A stretch of DNA of 64,000 nt from an uncultured Acidobacteriota bacterium (GCA_963813155.1 CAWEYG010000003.1:288001-352000); one strand, 5' to 3'. Shown: positions 45,343-55,842, counted from the first letter of the stretch. Notes: generated by a model not told the origin, from the letters alone. Made by a program: numbers and translations.

Positions 45343-46353
45343 TTAGGCTCCGGCTCCCGGACGGCTCGGCGGCGCCGCGTCCCGCCGTTTTCGCCCGAAG
45401 AGCTCGCGATGGCCCATCAGGCCCTGCGGGCGAAAGATCATGATGAGGATCAGGAGCAGGGAGAAGACCACCATCCGGTATTGTTCCGCCGCGCGCAGGC
45501 CTTCCGTCAGGCCGATGTACAGCACGGCTCCCACGACCGACCCGGTGATCGACCCCAGCCCGCCGATCACGATCATGATGATGATCTCGATCGACTTCAG
45601 GAACGTGAACGAATTCGTGTGAACGTACATGAGATAGTGGGCGAAGAGGCCGCCGGCGACGCCCGCCATCGCGCTCGAGATCACGAACGAGATCACTTTC
45701 GTGCGCGTCGTGTCGACGCCCATCGCCTCGGCGGCGATCTCGTCCTCCCGCACGGCGAGGAGAGTGCGGCCGAATGAAGAATTGACGAGACGCGACACGA
45801 GCACGATCGAGGCGACCGCGAAGAAATACACCCACCCGAAGCTCGCGTACTTGGGAATGCCGCCGAGCCCGCGGGCCCCCCCGACGGCGTCGATGTTCAG
45901 GATGAAAACCCGGATGATCTCGCCGAACCCCAGCGTCACGATCGCGAGGTAATCGCCCCGCAGCCGGAGCGACGGGACGCCGACGAGAAACCCCGCGATC
46001 GACGCGCACACCGCGCCCACCGCGAGCACGATCAGGAGAACGACAGCCCCCCGGCCGGCGGGCGGCAGGAACGAGAAGGCCTGTTCGATCCGGGCGCCGA
46101 ACGTGACCGAGACGAACGCCGACGTGTACGCGCCGATCGCCATGAAGCCCGCATGCCCGATCGAGAACTGCCCCGTGAATCCGTTGATGAGGTTCAGGGA
46201 CACCGCCAGGATGATGTTGATCCCGGCGAGCGTGAGCACCTGGAGGACGTAGGGCGAAATTCGGGCGGCGGCGACGATCCGGCCGGAGAGCAGCGCGTCG
46301 ACGAACCAGATCGAGACTCCCGCGATCGCGAGCGCGAGAAAGCGTCGCGTCAC
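45343..46353 (-). CDS. livM: Branched-chain amino acid ABC permease
   Basis: GQFSIGHAGF, LRGDYLAIVTLGFGEI. Confidence 0.93.
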   Translation of the reverse strand: MTRRFLALAIAGVSIWFVDALLSGRIVAAARISPYVLQVLTLAGINIILAVSLNLINGFTGQFSIGHAGFMAIGAYTSAFVSVTFGARIEQAFSFLPPAGRGAVVLLIVLAVGAVCASIAGFLVGVPSLRLRGDYLAIVTLGFGEIIRVFILNIDAVGGARGLGGIPKYASFGWVYFFAVASIVLVSRLVNSSFGRTLLAVREDEIAAEAMGVDTTRTKVISFVISSAMAGVAGGLFAHYLMYVHTNSFTFLKSIEIIIMIVIGGLGSITGSVVGAVLYIGLTEGLRAAEQYRMVVFSLLLILIMIFRPQGLMGHRELFGRKRRDAAPPSRPGAGA

Positions 46354-47246
46354 ACTTTTTCCTTTTCCACCCGTCCAAGGATTCCCTGGGGCCGGAAAAG
46401 GAGGATCGCGATCAGGATCGCGAACGCGATCGCGTCACGGTACGTCGGCGACAGGTAGCCGACCGTGAAGACCTCGGCCATGCCGATGATCAAGCCGCCG
46501 AGCAGAGCGCCAGGGACGTTGCCGATCCCGCCGAGGACGGCCGCGACGAACGCCTTGAGGCCGCTCAGTATCCCCATCAGGGGATCGACCTTGGGAATCG
46601 CCATCGCGACGAGGACTCCCGCCGCGGCCGCGAATGCGGAGCCGAGCGCGAACGTGATCGCGATGATCCGGTCGGTCGACACGCCCATGAGCTTCGCGGC
46701 GTCGAGGTTGAACGAAACGGCGCGCATCGCCTTTCCCGTCTTCGTGGCCTGGATGAAGAAGAGGAGGATCAGCGTGAGAACGAGAGAGACGACGAAGACC
46801 GTCAATTGCTCCGACGTGAGCCGGACGGAGCCCACGTTGAATTCCCGATGGGGCGCGTTGGACGGAAAGAACTTGGGATCCGCGCCGAAGAGAATCTGGC
46901 CCCCGTTTTCGAGCAGGAGCGACACGCCGATCGCCGTGATGAGAGACGTCATCTTGGCGGCCCGGCGCACCGGCCGATAGGCGAAACGCTCGATCACGAT
47001 CCCGAGGACCGCGCACACCGCCATCGAAAGGATCATGATCCCGAGGGCCCTCGGGTACGACGGCGTCTCGCCGCGAAAACGCGACGACGCGTAGTACCCG
47101 ACATACGCGCCGACCATGTAGACGTCCCCGTGCGCGAAGTTGATCAGGCGAAGAATGCCGTACACCATGGTGTAACCGAGGGCGATCAGCGCATAGATCG
47201 ACCCCAGCGACAACCCGTTGACGAGTTGCTGGAAGAACGTGCTCAC
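46350..47246 (-). CDS. livH: Branched-chain amino acid ABC permease
   Basis: YALIALGYTMVYG, INFAHGD, KAFVAAVLGGIG. Confidence 0.93.
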   Translation of the reverse strand: MSTFFQQLVNGLSLGSIYALIALGYTMVYGILRLINFAHGDVYMVGAYVGYYASSRFRGETPSYPRALGIMILSMAVCAVLGIVIERFAYRPVRRAAKMTSLITAIGVSLLLENGGQILFGADPKFFPSNAPHREFNVGSVRLTSEQLTVFVVSLVLTLILLFFIQATKTGKAMRAVSFNLDAAKLMGVSTDRIIAITFALGSAFAAAAGVLVAMAIPKVDPLMGILSGLKAFVAAVLGGIGNVPGALLGGLIIGMAEVFTVGYLSPTYRDAIAFAILIAILLFRPQGILGRVEKEKV

Positions 47247-48385
47247 GCGCCGGGTTCGATCCGTTCCTGGAAGACTTTCTTACCGTCCTGGACCTTCAGG
47301 ATGACGACCGGCTTCACGGCGTTGCGTTCCGCGTCGATCGTGATCGAGCCCGTGACGCCGGCGAAACCCTTCGTCGCGACGAGCGCGTCCCGGACTTTGG
47401 AGGGCTCGGCGCTGTTGGCGCGCGTAACGGCGTCAGCGTAAATCCGGGCGGCGTCATAGCCGAGAGCCGCGAGGGCGTCGGGAATGGCGCCGTATTTCGC
47501 CTTGTAGTCGGCGACGAACTTCTGAACCGCCGGGGCCGGGTCGTCCACCGAATAATGGTTCGAGAAGAAACATCCGTTCAGGGCCTTGCCGCCGATTTCC
47601 CAGAGCCGCGGGGAATCCCATCCGTCGCCGCCGGAAAGCGGAACCGTGATTCCGAGGTCGCGCGCCTGGCGAGCGATCGTGCCGACCTCGGTGTAGTAGC
47701 CGGGCACGTAGATGATTTCCGGGTTGGCCGACTTGAGCTGAGTCAACTGCGCGCGAAAATCGGAATCGCCTTCGGAGTACGACTGCTCCGCGACGATTTC
47801 GCCGCCGTACTCCTTGAATTTCTGCATGAAGACGAGACGCAGGCCCACCGAGTAGTCGTTGCGCACGTCGTAGAGAATCGCCGCCTTTTTCAGCTTGAGG
47901 GACTTCGCCGCGAACTTGGCGTCGGCCTCGCCCTGCTGGATGTCGGTGAAGCACACCCGGAAAATGTAGTCTCCGACCTGCGTGACCTTGGGATTCGTCG
48001 ACGAGGGCGTGATCATCGGGATCTTCGCCCCCTGGCAGATCGGGGCCGCGGCCAGCGAGCGCGACGAGGCGACTTCCCCGAGCACGGCCTGAACGCTGTT
48101 CTGATTGATGAGCTTCGTCACCGCCGTGGCGGCCTCTTCGGGTTTGGACTGGTCGTCCTCGACGATCAGCTTGACCTGCTTGCCGAGAAGGCCCCCGGCC
48201 TGGTTGATCTCCGCGAAAGCCATCTCGCTGCCGTTTTTCGTCGACTGGCCGAAGGTGGCGGTGTTGCCCGTCAGCGACCCGTATTCGCCCACCACGATTT
48301 CCTTGGAATTGCCGCCCGGCGCACAGCCCGCGGCGACGAGAGCCGCAACCGCCGCCAGGAGCCCCGTCAGAGTTCGAATTCTCAT
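47243..48385 (-). CDS. Branched-chain amino acid ABC substrate-binding lipoprotein (LivJ/K family)
   Basis: AAGC lipobox, EINQAGGLLG, YIFRVCF, GYDA. Confidence 0.92.
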   Translation of the reverse strand: MRIRTLTGLLAAVAALVAAGCAPGGNSKEIVVGEYGSLTGNTATFGQSTKNGSEMAFAEINQAGGLLGKQVKLIVEDDQSKPEEAATAVTKLINQNSVQAVLGEVASSRSLAAAPICQGAKIPMITPSSTNPKVTQVGDYIFRVCFTDIQQGEADAKFAAKSLKLKKAAILYDVRNDYSVGLRLVFMQKFKEYGGEIVAEQSYSEGDSDFRAQLTQLKSANPEIIYVPGYYTEVGTIARQARDLGITVPLSGGDGWDSPRLWEIGGKALNGCFFSNHYSVDDPAPAVQKFVADYKAKYGAIPDALAALGYDAARIYADAVTRANSAEPSKVRDALVATKGFAGVTGSITIDAERNAVKPVVILKVQDGKKVFQERIEPGA

Positions 48386-48474
48386 GGTTTCCGATCCTCC
48401 TCAAACTGGTTTATGCAAAAACGGGCTATTATTTCTTCGGTCTCCGGAAAAGTCAAAAAGCTAGAATCGAGAGG

Positions 48475-49812
48475 TTGATGAATCAGGGGCTTCCGATCGT
48501 CCGGCCGCGCAGCGCCCATCCGATTTCGCGGGACGCGATCGACCCCGACGCGTTGAAGGTGCTCTACCGCCTGAAGAGCAGCGGATACCGGGCCTATCTC
48601 GTCGGGGGAAGCGTTCGAGACCTCATGCTGGGCCGATCCCCGAAGGATTTCGACATCGGCACGGATGCCCGCCCCGAAGACGTCCGGTCGCTCTTCCGCA
48701 ACAGCCGCCTCATCGGGCGCCGCTTTCGTCTCGCCCACATCCTGTTCCGGGGAGGGAAGATCATCGAAGTCGCGACGTTTCGCGGGCGCCCGGCGCCGGC
48801 GGAGGACCCCGAAGCCGACCTTCTCGTGACCTCCGACAACACCTACGGAACGCCCGAGGAAGACGCCGAGAGGCGCGACTTCACGGTCAACGGCCTGTTC
48901 TACGACATCGCCGATTTCTCCGTCATCGACTACGTCGGCGGCCTGGCCGACCTGGAGGCCGGCCTGATCCGGGCGATCGGAGACCCGGACGTTCGGTTCC
49001 GGGAGGATCCCGTTCGCATGCTCCGCGCGGCGGAGTTCGCGAGCCGCCTCTCGTTTGCGATCACGCCGCTGGATTACGAGGCGATTCTTCGCCACCGGAA
49101 GGACCTCGTCCGTTCCGCCACCCCGCGGGTCACCGAGGAGCTGACGGGAATGCTCCGCGGCGGCCATGCGCTGCCGACGTTCCTCCTGTTGCGCGAGATG
49201 GGCCTGCTCGACGTCATCCTGCCCGACCTCTCCGCGGAGCTCCGGCGGATCGACCCCGAACACCCCGGCGGAACCGGCCACTATTTCTGGACGCTCCTCG
49301 AGGTTCTCGACGCCGAGAGGCGCCACGGGCGATCGTTCGACGACGCCGTCTATTTCTCGCTGCTCGCCCTGCCGTTGCTTCGGGCCGAGCTGCGGCGCGC
49401 CCGTCCCGCGGGCCCCGCGGAGCCGGGACTCGTCATCGCGAAAGCCAACGAAGTGGTCGAGCCCCTCGCGGCCAGCCTCGCGGCGCCGAACGCCCTCGTC
49501 CACGCGGTCAAGTCCATCCTGTTCGCCCAGACGAAGCTCGAGCAGAGGCCCGAATGGAAGGCGTCCACCCGGAGATTCCTGTTTCACCCCGATTTCCTTC
49601 CCGCGCTCGACCTCTTCGACCTGCGCTCCATGGCTCGAGGGCGCGATGTCACCCCGGTGCGGGAATGGCGCAATCTTCACCAGCGCGTGCACGAGGCCGG
49701 GCACACATTTTCCGCGCCTACCGCTCCCGCGGCGCCCGCGGCGCCCGCCGCCGAAGGCCATCCGCCCCGGGCGCGCCGCGGTCGAAGACGAAAACGCCGC
49801 CCTCCCGTCTGA
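48475..49812 (+). CDS. pcnB: Poly(A) polymerase
   Basis: LVGGSVRD..PKDFD, LIGRRFRLAHI (PAP-specific signature), RRDFTVN, EDPVRMLR. Confidence 0.92.
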   Translation: MMNQGLPIVRPRSAHPISRDAIDPDALKVLYRLKSSGYRAYLVGGSVRDLMLGRSPKDFDIGTDARPEDVRSLFRNSRLIGRRFRLAHILFRGGKIIEVATFRGRPAPAEDPEADLLVTSDNTYGTPEEDAERRDFTVNGLFYDIADFSVIDYVGGLADLEAGLIRAIGDPDVRFREDPVRMLRAAEFASRLSFAITPLDYEAILRHRKDLVRSATPRVTEELTGMLRGGHALPTFLLLREMGLLDVILPDLSAELRRIDPEHPGGTGHYFWTLLEVLDAERRHGRSFDDAVYFSLLALPLLRAELRRARPAGPAEPGLVIAKANEVVEPLAASLAAPNALVHAVKSILFAQTKLEQRPEWKASTRRFLFHPDFLPALDLFDLRSMARGRDVTPVREWRNLHQRVHEAGHTFSAPTAPAAPAAPAAEGHPPRARRGRRRKRRPPV

Positions 49813-49871
49813 AATGGATTGATTCCCCCTTACCGATCGTCTATAAGGCGATTGATTCACGAGGAGTGCAA

Positions 49872-50426
49872 ATGTTTGTCGCCAAAAAAGTTTTCCTGAC
49901 GAAGGGTGTGGGCCGCCATCGGGAGAAGCTCACTTCTTTCGAAATGGCGCTCCGGGACGCGGGGATCGCCGACCAGAATCTCGTTCGGGTGTCGTCGATC
50001 TTCCCTCCCCACTGCAAGATCGTTTCCCGGAAGGAGGGGTCGAAGAAGCTGAAGTCCGGCGCCGTGACGTTCGTCGTGATGAGCGAGAACGCCACGAACG
50101 AGCCGCACCGGCTCATCGCCGCGTCGGTCGGCGTCGCGATCCCGAAGAACTCGGACACCTACGGCTATCTCTCCGAGCACCATTCCTACGGGCAGACGGA
50201 AAAGGTCGCCGGCGACTACGCCGAAGATCTCGCGGCCGGCATGCTCGCAACGACGCTCGGCGTCGAGCTCGACTACGACAAGTCGTACGACGAGCGGAAG
50301 GAACAGTGGAAGATCTCCGGCCAGATCGTCCGAACGATGAATATTTCCCAGACCGCCGTGGGCGACAAGAAGGGTCTCTGGACGACCGTCATCTCGGCCT
50401 GCATCCTGCTCGCGCCGGAAAACTAG
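49872..50426 (+). CDS. Pyruvoyl-dependent arginine decarboxylase
   Basis: SFEMALRDAGI, NLVRVSSIFPP (Ser-Ser cleavage site), GYLSEHH. Confidence 0.9.
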   Translation: MFVAKKVFLTKGVGRHREKLTSFEMALRDAGIADQNLVRVSSIFPPHCKIVSRKEGSKKLKSGAVTFVVMSENATNEPHRLIAASVGVAIPKNSDTYGYLSEHHSYGQTEKVAGDYAEDLAAGMLATTLGVELDYDKSYDERKEQWKISGQIVRTMNISQTAVGDKKGLWTTVISACILLAPEN

Positions 50427-50701
50427 TGTCCCGAACCGGAAATAGCTGTAGCGTCGTTCGGAGCGCCGTCGGGTCGGATGCGAGGCGACGCGACGCAGGC
50501 GATGCCGAAGCATCGTCGAGGAGCGGGAACGAAGCAGACGGCCCGACGCCGCCCGAACCCTTCGGGCGCCAGCGCATTGCGGGCGATCTCGGCGTTGCGG
50601 CTCGGGTCCGATCGCTACGGCATCTGTCCCCTCGCCGCGCCTTGACCTCGCCCGCAAGCCGCCGGCGCGACGCTCGAGTTATTTCCGGTTCGGGACACTA
50701 G
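50423..50701. mobile_element. MITE-like element, 279 bp
   Basis: Perfect 22-bp inverted ends CTAGTGTCCCGAACCGGAAATA (50423-50444) and TATTTCCGGTTCGGGACACTAG (50680-50701); no transposase. Confidence 0.85.
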
Positions 50702-50713
50702 GAACGCGCCCCG

Positions 50714-51628
50714 GTGCCGTCCATACCGCAGAATTTCCTCGGCATCCCCGGGGAAGAAAACGGGCCGGAAAAGGCGCGCGTCCTCGTCTTCCCGGTCCCG
50801 TACGAGCGCACCGTTTCCTACGGCACCGGAACGCGGAACGGCCCGTCGGCGATTCTCGAGGCGTCGCGGTTCGTCGAGCTGTACGACGACGAGCTCGACG
50901 CCAACCCCCATGAGGCCGGCATCCACACGCTCGAGCCGTGGATCCCTCACGACCCCGAGCCCGACGCGATGGTCGGGGAGCTGGAGGAGAGAGCCGCGGA
51001 GCTTCTGGAGGCCGGCAAGCTGCTCTTCCTGCTCGGGGGCGAGCACTCGATCTCGCCGCCCGTGATCCGGGCGCACGCGAAGAAATACCCCGGCCTCTCG
51101 ATCCTGCACTTCGACGCCCACGGCGACCTCCGAGACGAATACGAGGGGTCGCGCAATTCCCACGCCTGCGCGGCCAGACGGTTCGTCGACTGCGGGCCTT
51201 CGGTTCACGTCGGGATTCGGTCGATCTCGCGGGAGGAGGCCGATTTCGTCCTGGAGCGGAAACTCTTCGTCGTCTCGAACCGGGAGATGCACGCGGGCTG
51301 GGACTGGATGGAAGGAGCTCTCGAGCGGCTCACGGCGGACGTGTACGTGACGTTCGACATCGATTTTCTGGACGGATCGCTCGTGCCGGGCACGGGAACG
51401 CCCGAGCCCGGGGGCGGTACCTACGCCCAGGCGCTGGAGATCCTTCGGCGCGTCTCCGCAGCGAAACGGATCGTCGGGGCCGACCTCGTCGAGCACGCGC
51501 CGCTGGCCGGGAACCGCGCGCCGGATTTCCTCGCCGCGAAGCTCGCGTACAAGATGATCAGCTACGCGCTGCTGCCCGAAAAGGCCCGCAACCCCGTGCT
51601 CTCCCCCCGTTTTCGACGCCGTTCCTGA
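50714..51628 (+). CDS. speB: Agmatinase
   Basis: GGEHS, DAHGDLR, TFDIDFLD, PGTGTPEPGG. Confidence 0.93.
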   Translation: MPSIPQNFLGIPGEENGPEKARVLVFPVPYERTVSYGTGTRNGPSAILEASRFVELYDDELDANPHEAGIHTLEPWIPHDPEPDAMVGELEERAAELLEAGKLLFLLGGEHSISPPVIRAHAKKYPGLSILHFDAHGDLRDEYEGSRNSHACAARRFVDCGPSVHVGIRSISREEADFVLERKLFVVSNREMHAGWDWMEGALERLTADVYVTFDIDFLDGSLVPGTGTPEPGGGTYAQALEILRRVSAAKRIVGADLVEHAPLAGNRAPDFLAAKLAYKMISYALLPEKARNPVLSPRFRRRS

Positions 51629-51663
51629 TAAGATTCAGTGCATTAACCCCGAAAGGAGCGCCC

Positions 51664-52845
51664 GTGGCTGCGTTTCCCGGCGTCGATTACCTGGATTTCG
51701 ACTCCCTCCTGACCGAGGAACAAAAGCTCGTCCGCCAGACCGTGCGGGACTTCGTCGACGACCGGGTGATGCCGATCATCGAAGACTGCGCCTACGAGGG
51801 GCGCTTTCCGAAGGAGCTGATCCCGCAGCTGGCGGAGCTCCAGCTGTTCGGATCGACGATCCACGAATACGGGCTTCCCGGCCTCGATTCGGTCGCCTAC
51901 GGCCTCACGATGCAGGAGCTCGAACGCGGTGACTCCGGCCTGCGGTCGTTCGTCTCCGTGCAATCGGGGCTCGTGATGTTCCCGATTTACGCCTACGGGT
52001 CGCAGAAGCACAAAGACCACTGGATCCCCCGGATGGCCGCGGGCACGGCGATCGGCTGTTTCGGGCTGACCGAACCGGACTTCGGCTCGAACCCGTCGGG
52101 AATGCGAACGACCGCGCGTACCGACGGCGATTCCTTCGTCCTGAACGGCGCGAAGGCCTGGATCACGAACGGCTCGATTGCCGACGTCGCCGTCGTCTGG
52201 GCCCGCCTCGACGGCGGCAAGATTCGCGGGTTCCTCGTGGAGAAGGGAACGAAGGGGTTCTCGACCTCGGAGCACCGCGGAAAGATGTCTCTCCGGGCCT
52301 CGGTCACTTCGCAGCTCGCATTCGAAGATTGCCGGATCCCCAAGGACAACATCCTGAACGTCGAGGGGATCAAGGGACCCCTTTCGTGCCTGACCCAGGC
52401 CCGGTACGGGATTGCCTGGGGGGCCATCGGATCCGCGATGGCGACTTATCGGGCCGCGCTCGACTACGCGATGGCCCGAAAGCAATTCCGCGACCGCCCG
52501 ATCGCGGCGCACCAGCTCGTGCAGGAGCGCCTCGCCTGGATGATCACCGAGATCACGAAGGCACAGCTCCTCGCCTGGCAGCTGGCCAAGCTGAAGGACG
52601 CCGGGACCATGAAGCCCGAGCACGTTTCCATGGGCAAGCGAAACAACGTCTGGGTCGCCCGCGAGTGCGCGAAGCTGGCGCGGGAGACGCTCGGCGCGAA
52701 CGGCGTCGTCAACGAATACCCGGTTTTCCGACACCTCGCGAACATCGAATCGGTATACACGTACGAGGGAACTCACGACATCCACACCCTCGTGATCGGC
52801 GAGGCCATCACGGGAATACCGTCGTACAACCCTCCGATGGAGTAA
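51664..52845 (+). CDS. Acyl-CoA dehydrogenase (glutaryl-CoA dehydrogenase-like)
   Basis: ELERGDSGLRS, CFGLTEP, LNGAKAWITN, TYEGTHDIH. Confidence 0.92.
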   Translation: MAAFPGVDYLDFDSLLTEEQKLVRQTVRDFVDDRVMPIIEDCAYEGRFPKELIPQLAELQLFGSTIHEYGLPGLDSVAYGLTMQELERGDSGLRSFVSVQSGLVMFPIYAYGSQKHKDHWIPRMAAGTAIGCFGLTEPDFGSNPSGMRTTARTDGDSFVLNGAKAWITNGSIADVAVVWARLDGGKIRGFLVEKGTKGFSTSEHRGKMSLRASVTSQLAFEDCRIPKDNILNVEGIKGPLSCLTQARYGIAWGAIGSAMATYRAALDYAMARKQFRDRPIAAHQLVQERLAWMITEITKAQLLAWQLAKLKDAGTMKPEHVSMGKRNNVWVARECAKLARETLGANGVVNEYPVFRHLANIESVYTYEGTHDIHTLVIGEAITGIPSYNPPME

Positions 52846-52851
52846 CCCCCG

Positions 52852-53979
52852 GTGGGTATCACCGGAAACCTCAAGACCATGGTGCTGTCGGAGCTCCTCC
52901 AGTGGCTCTCGCTGGGGGTCAAGACGGGGACCCTCCTCGTCGAGGGACGCGGAATCCAGAAGAGGATCTATTTCGGCGATGGCCGGATCACGTCCACGTC
53001 GTCGTCGGATCCCCGCGAATACCTGGGCCAGTTCCTCGTGTCGCACGGGTACATCAGCGAGGAAGAGCTGAAAATGGCGATGCAGGTCCAGGAAGAGTCG
53101 TCGATCCTCCTCGGGAAGATCCTCGTCATGATCAACGCGATCTCCGAGCCCGACCTTCTTCGGCTGATGAAGAAGAAAGCCGAGGAGTCGATCTACGACA
53201 TCTTCCTCTGGCCGGAAGGCGAGTTCGAGTTCGTCGACAACGAGGTGCCCGATCAACAGATGGTCGCCCTGTCGCTCGACGTCACCGGAATCGTCATGGA
53301 AGGCCTTCGTCGTTTCGACGAGTGGAAGCAGATCCGGCAGAGGCTGCCCGTGCTTTCGGTCGTGCCGAAGATCGTGGGCACGTTCTCCCTCGACAACTTC
53401 TCGGACCAGGAGAAACTGGTCGTCCCCTACATCAACGGGGAGCGGTCGATCGAGGAGATTGCGGTGCAGACGCACAACGCGGATTTCGTCGTCGCGCGAA
53501 TCGTCAACGAGGGCCTTCGGGAAGGGACGATCGTCCTCGACCGGAGCCTTCCGCATGCCGAAGAGGTCGAGGAATCCGAGAAGAAGATTTCCGGCGACGT
53601 GGAGCAGTTTCTTCGCCGCGGCCGCTCGATGATGAACCAGGACCCCGAGACGGCCTGGAAGATGTTCAAGGCCGCCTCCGAGCTGGACCCCTCCGACCCC
53701 CGGCCGCGCGAGTCCCTGCGGCAGACGGAAGACCGGCTCGCGGCCTTCCTGAAGGCGGGAGGCGTCGAGCGCCACAAGGTCCCCGTCCTGAACATCCCGA
53801 TCGCCGAAGTGACGAACCTTTCCTTGACGCCGAACGAGGGATTCGTCCTCTCCCGGATCAACGGGACCTGGGACGTGAACTCGATCGCGAAGATCTCGCC
53901 GATTCGGGAGATGGAGGTTCTCCTGATCTTCCGGAAGTTCGTCTCCGAGAAGGTGATCCGCTGGAAGGAGAAGAGCTGA
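52852..53979 (+). CDS. DUF4388-domain protein
   Basis: GNLKTMVLSELLQWL...KTGTL, FLWPEGEFEF, MEGLRRFDEW. Confidence 0.85.
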   Translation: MGITGNLKTMVLSELLQWLSLGVKTGTLLVEGRGIQKRIYFGDGRITSTSSSDPREYLGQFLVSHGYISEEELKMAMQVQEESSILLGKILVMINAISEPDLLRLMKKKAEESIYDIFLWPEGEFEFVDNEVPDQQMVALSLDVTGIVMEGLRRFDEWKQIRQRLPVLSVVPKIVGTFSLDNFSDQEKLVVPYINGERSIEEIAVQTHNADFVVARIVNEGLREGTIVLDRSLPHAEEVEESEKKISGDVEQFLRRGRSMMNQDPETAWKMFKAASELDPSDPRPRESLRQTEDRLAAFLKAGGVERHKVPVLNIPIAEVTNLSLTPNEGFVLSRINGTWDVNSIAKISPIREMEVLLIFRKFVSEKVIRWKEKS

Positions 53980-54595
53980 CCTTTCCCGAAACGGCCGGTT
54001 CGCCCGCAATCCAGTACCGAAGCGGCCAATCCTTCGCCTCTCCCGCATAGTCCACGCCGATCCTCGGAGAGACGGCGATCCGCGATCGGGCGACCGGATC
54101 GAGGCGGATCTCGAATTCGGGCGAATTCAGAAGATCCATCCCGGATTGCGCTTTCGTGATCCCGAGAGCCGCGCAGAGCTTTCCCGGCCCCGACAGGAGA
54201 CGAGGGTCCGCCTCGGGGTGACGCGCCGCACGCAGGAGAACGGCCTGCGGAACTCCCGACCCGCGGGTGACCACGTTCGCGCAGAAATGGAGGCCGTAAA
54301 CCTGAAAGACGTAGAGCAGGCCGCCGTCTCCGTACATCGGCTCGACGCGCTCCGTGCGCCGGCCGCCGAAGGAATGCGCGGCCGCGTCGCGCTCTCCCAG
54401 ATAAGCCTCGACCTCGACGATCCGCGCGCCATGGACCCTCTCGCCGGATGACCGCAGAAGCCAGGCGCCGAGCAGGTCCTTTGCGACGGTTCGGGTGTCG
54501 CGCCGGAAGAAACTCCGGGTCTCGACCCGCGGAGGCAGGCGCGCCGGATCGAGGAGCAGGGCCGGGAGCGGGGTTTCGTTATGCCGGGATGGCAA
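53858..54595 (-). CDS. mpg: 3-methyladenine DNA glycosylase (MPG/AAG family)
   Basis: IVEVEAYLG..D.AAHS, GPGKLC, PRIGV; boundaries uncertain. Confidence 0.9.
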   Translation of the reverse strand: MPSRHNETPLPALLLDPARLPPRVETRSFFRRDTRTVAKDLLGAWLLRSSGERVHGARIVEVEAYLGERDAAAHSFGGRRTERVEPMYGDGGLLYVFQVYGLHFCANVVTRGSGVPQAVLLRAARHPEADPRLLSGPGKLCAALGITKAQSGMDLLNSPEFEIRLDPVARSRIAVSPRIGVDYAGEAKDWPLRYWIAGEPAVSGKVSSSPSSGSPSRRRTSGRSGEPPSPESARSSRSSSRPRSR

Positions 54596-55820
54596 TTTCG
54601 GCGCTCAGGCGGCGCTCCGGGACGGGCGCCCATCCCCGCCGAAGGATGAGGAGCGTCTGGTCGTCCTCCACGGGCCCTCCCTGCGTGAACTTGCGGACCT
54701 CCGCGAGGATCGCCGCGAGGATCTCCTCCGCGGACTTCTCGTGGACGGAAGCCACGACGCGCTTCAAGCGCTCGAGGCCGAACTCGACGTCCTTCCTGTC
54801 GTGAGCCTCGACGATTCCGTCGGTGTAAAGGACGAGGACGTCGCCCGGGTCGACCGTCACGAACCCCCTGCTGTACGTCGCCTCCTTCGAAGGTCCCAGG
54901 ACCATCCCGGTCTGCCGCAGAAGCACCGCTTCCGAAGCCTTCCAGAGGATCGGCGGGTTGTGGCCCGCATTGACGTAAATGAAGTTCCCCGATTGCTCCA
55001 GCTCTCCGTAGAACAGCGAAACGAACTTCGAGGTCATCCGTGATTCGTGGATGATGCGGTTCAGCCGTTCCACGGTCTTCACGATCTTGAAATCGCGCGA
55101 AACGCCCATCCGAAGCCCGGTATAAACGTCGCGCACCTGGAGGGCCGCCGGCAGTCCGTGGCCCGACGCGTCGGCGATCGCAACCCCGATGATCTGGTCG
55201 GAGACCGGAATGATGTCGTAAAAATCCCCGCCGACCACCTCGGAGGGGCACGACCTTCCCGCGATCTCGAAGTTTCCGAACCGGGGAAGCCGCTTCGGGA
55301 GGATCGACGTCTGAATCTGCCTCGCCTCCTGCAGCAGCGTGGCGAAGCGCTCCTGCCGGATTTTCTGGTCGACCGCGTGCCGCAGGATCCCGAGGGAGAT
55401 CAGGAGGTCCTCGTCGTTGGCGCCGGGATCGACGGAGAAGGAAAGAATGAACTGCTCCTCCCCCACCGCGATCGCGGCGAAGCGGTCCGCGCCGATCTTC
55501 TCTTCGAACTCGCGGTCGACGCCGGGCGCGTTCAAGTCGAGAACGACGACTCCGCCGTCGAGTACCTGCTCGATCGGAGGGTAGTCGATCGGCACGGAGA
55601 GTCCCGGCGAAACCGGCTTGACGTCGCCGAACGTCCGCGTGATCTCGTAGGCGTTGTCGCGCCGCTCGTAGAGGCGCCCGCCCCGGACGCCGAGGTCGTC
55701 GCGAAAGTTGTCGATCACGGCACCCGCCGCCGACACGACCGTCGACGCGACGTCCGAGGACTTCTCGATCGTCTCGATGGCCCGTTCGACTTTGCGGAAG
55801 AGTGACTTTTTCGAATCCAA
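54579..55820 (-). CDS. PP2C/SpoIIE-family phosphatase with GAF-like N-terminus
   Basis: VGGDFYD, ADASGHG, NAGHNPP, YTDGIVE, DDQT. Confidence 0.92.
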   Translation of the reverse strand: MDSKKSLFRKVERAIETIEKSSDVASTVVSAAGAVIDNFRDDLGVRGGRLYERRDNAYEITRTFGDVKPVSPGLSVPIDYPPIEQVLDGGVVVLDLNAPGVDREFEEKIGADRFAAIAVGEEQFILSFSVDPGANDEDLLISLGILRHAVDQKIRQERFATLLQEARQIQTSILPKRLPRFGNFEIAGRSCPSEVVGGDFYDIIPVSDQIIGVAIADASGHGLPAALQVRDVYTGLRMGVSRDFKIVKTVERLNRIIHESRMTSKFVSLFYGELEQSGNFIYVNAGHNPPILWKASEAVLLRQTGMVLGPSKEATYSRGFVTVDPGDVLVLYTDGIVEAHDRKDVEFGLERLKRVVASVHEKSAEEILAAILAEVRKFTQGGPVEDDQTLLILRRGWAPVPERRLSAEIAIPA

Positions 55821-55842
55821 GATAGTGGATTCTATGGAGAAA

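Noticed and set aside
43871-46378. 835-aa ORF as a fused Liv protein
   Set aside because: Off-frame extension upstream of livF; livM and livG are intact in other frames
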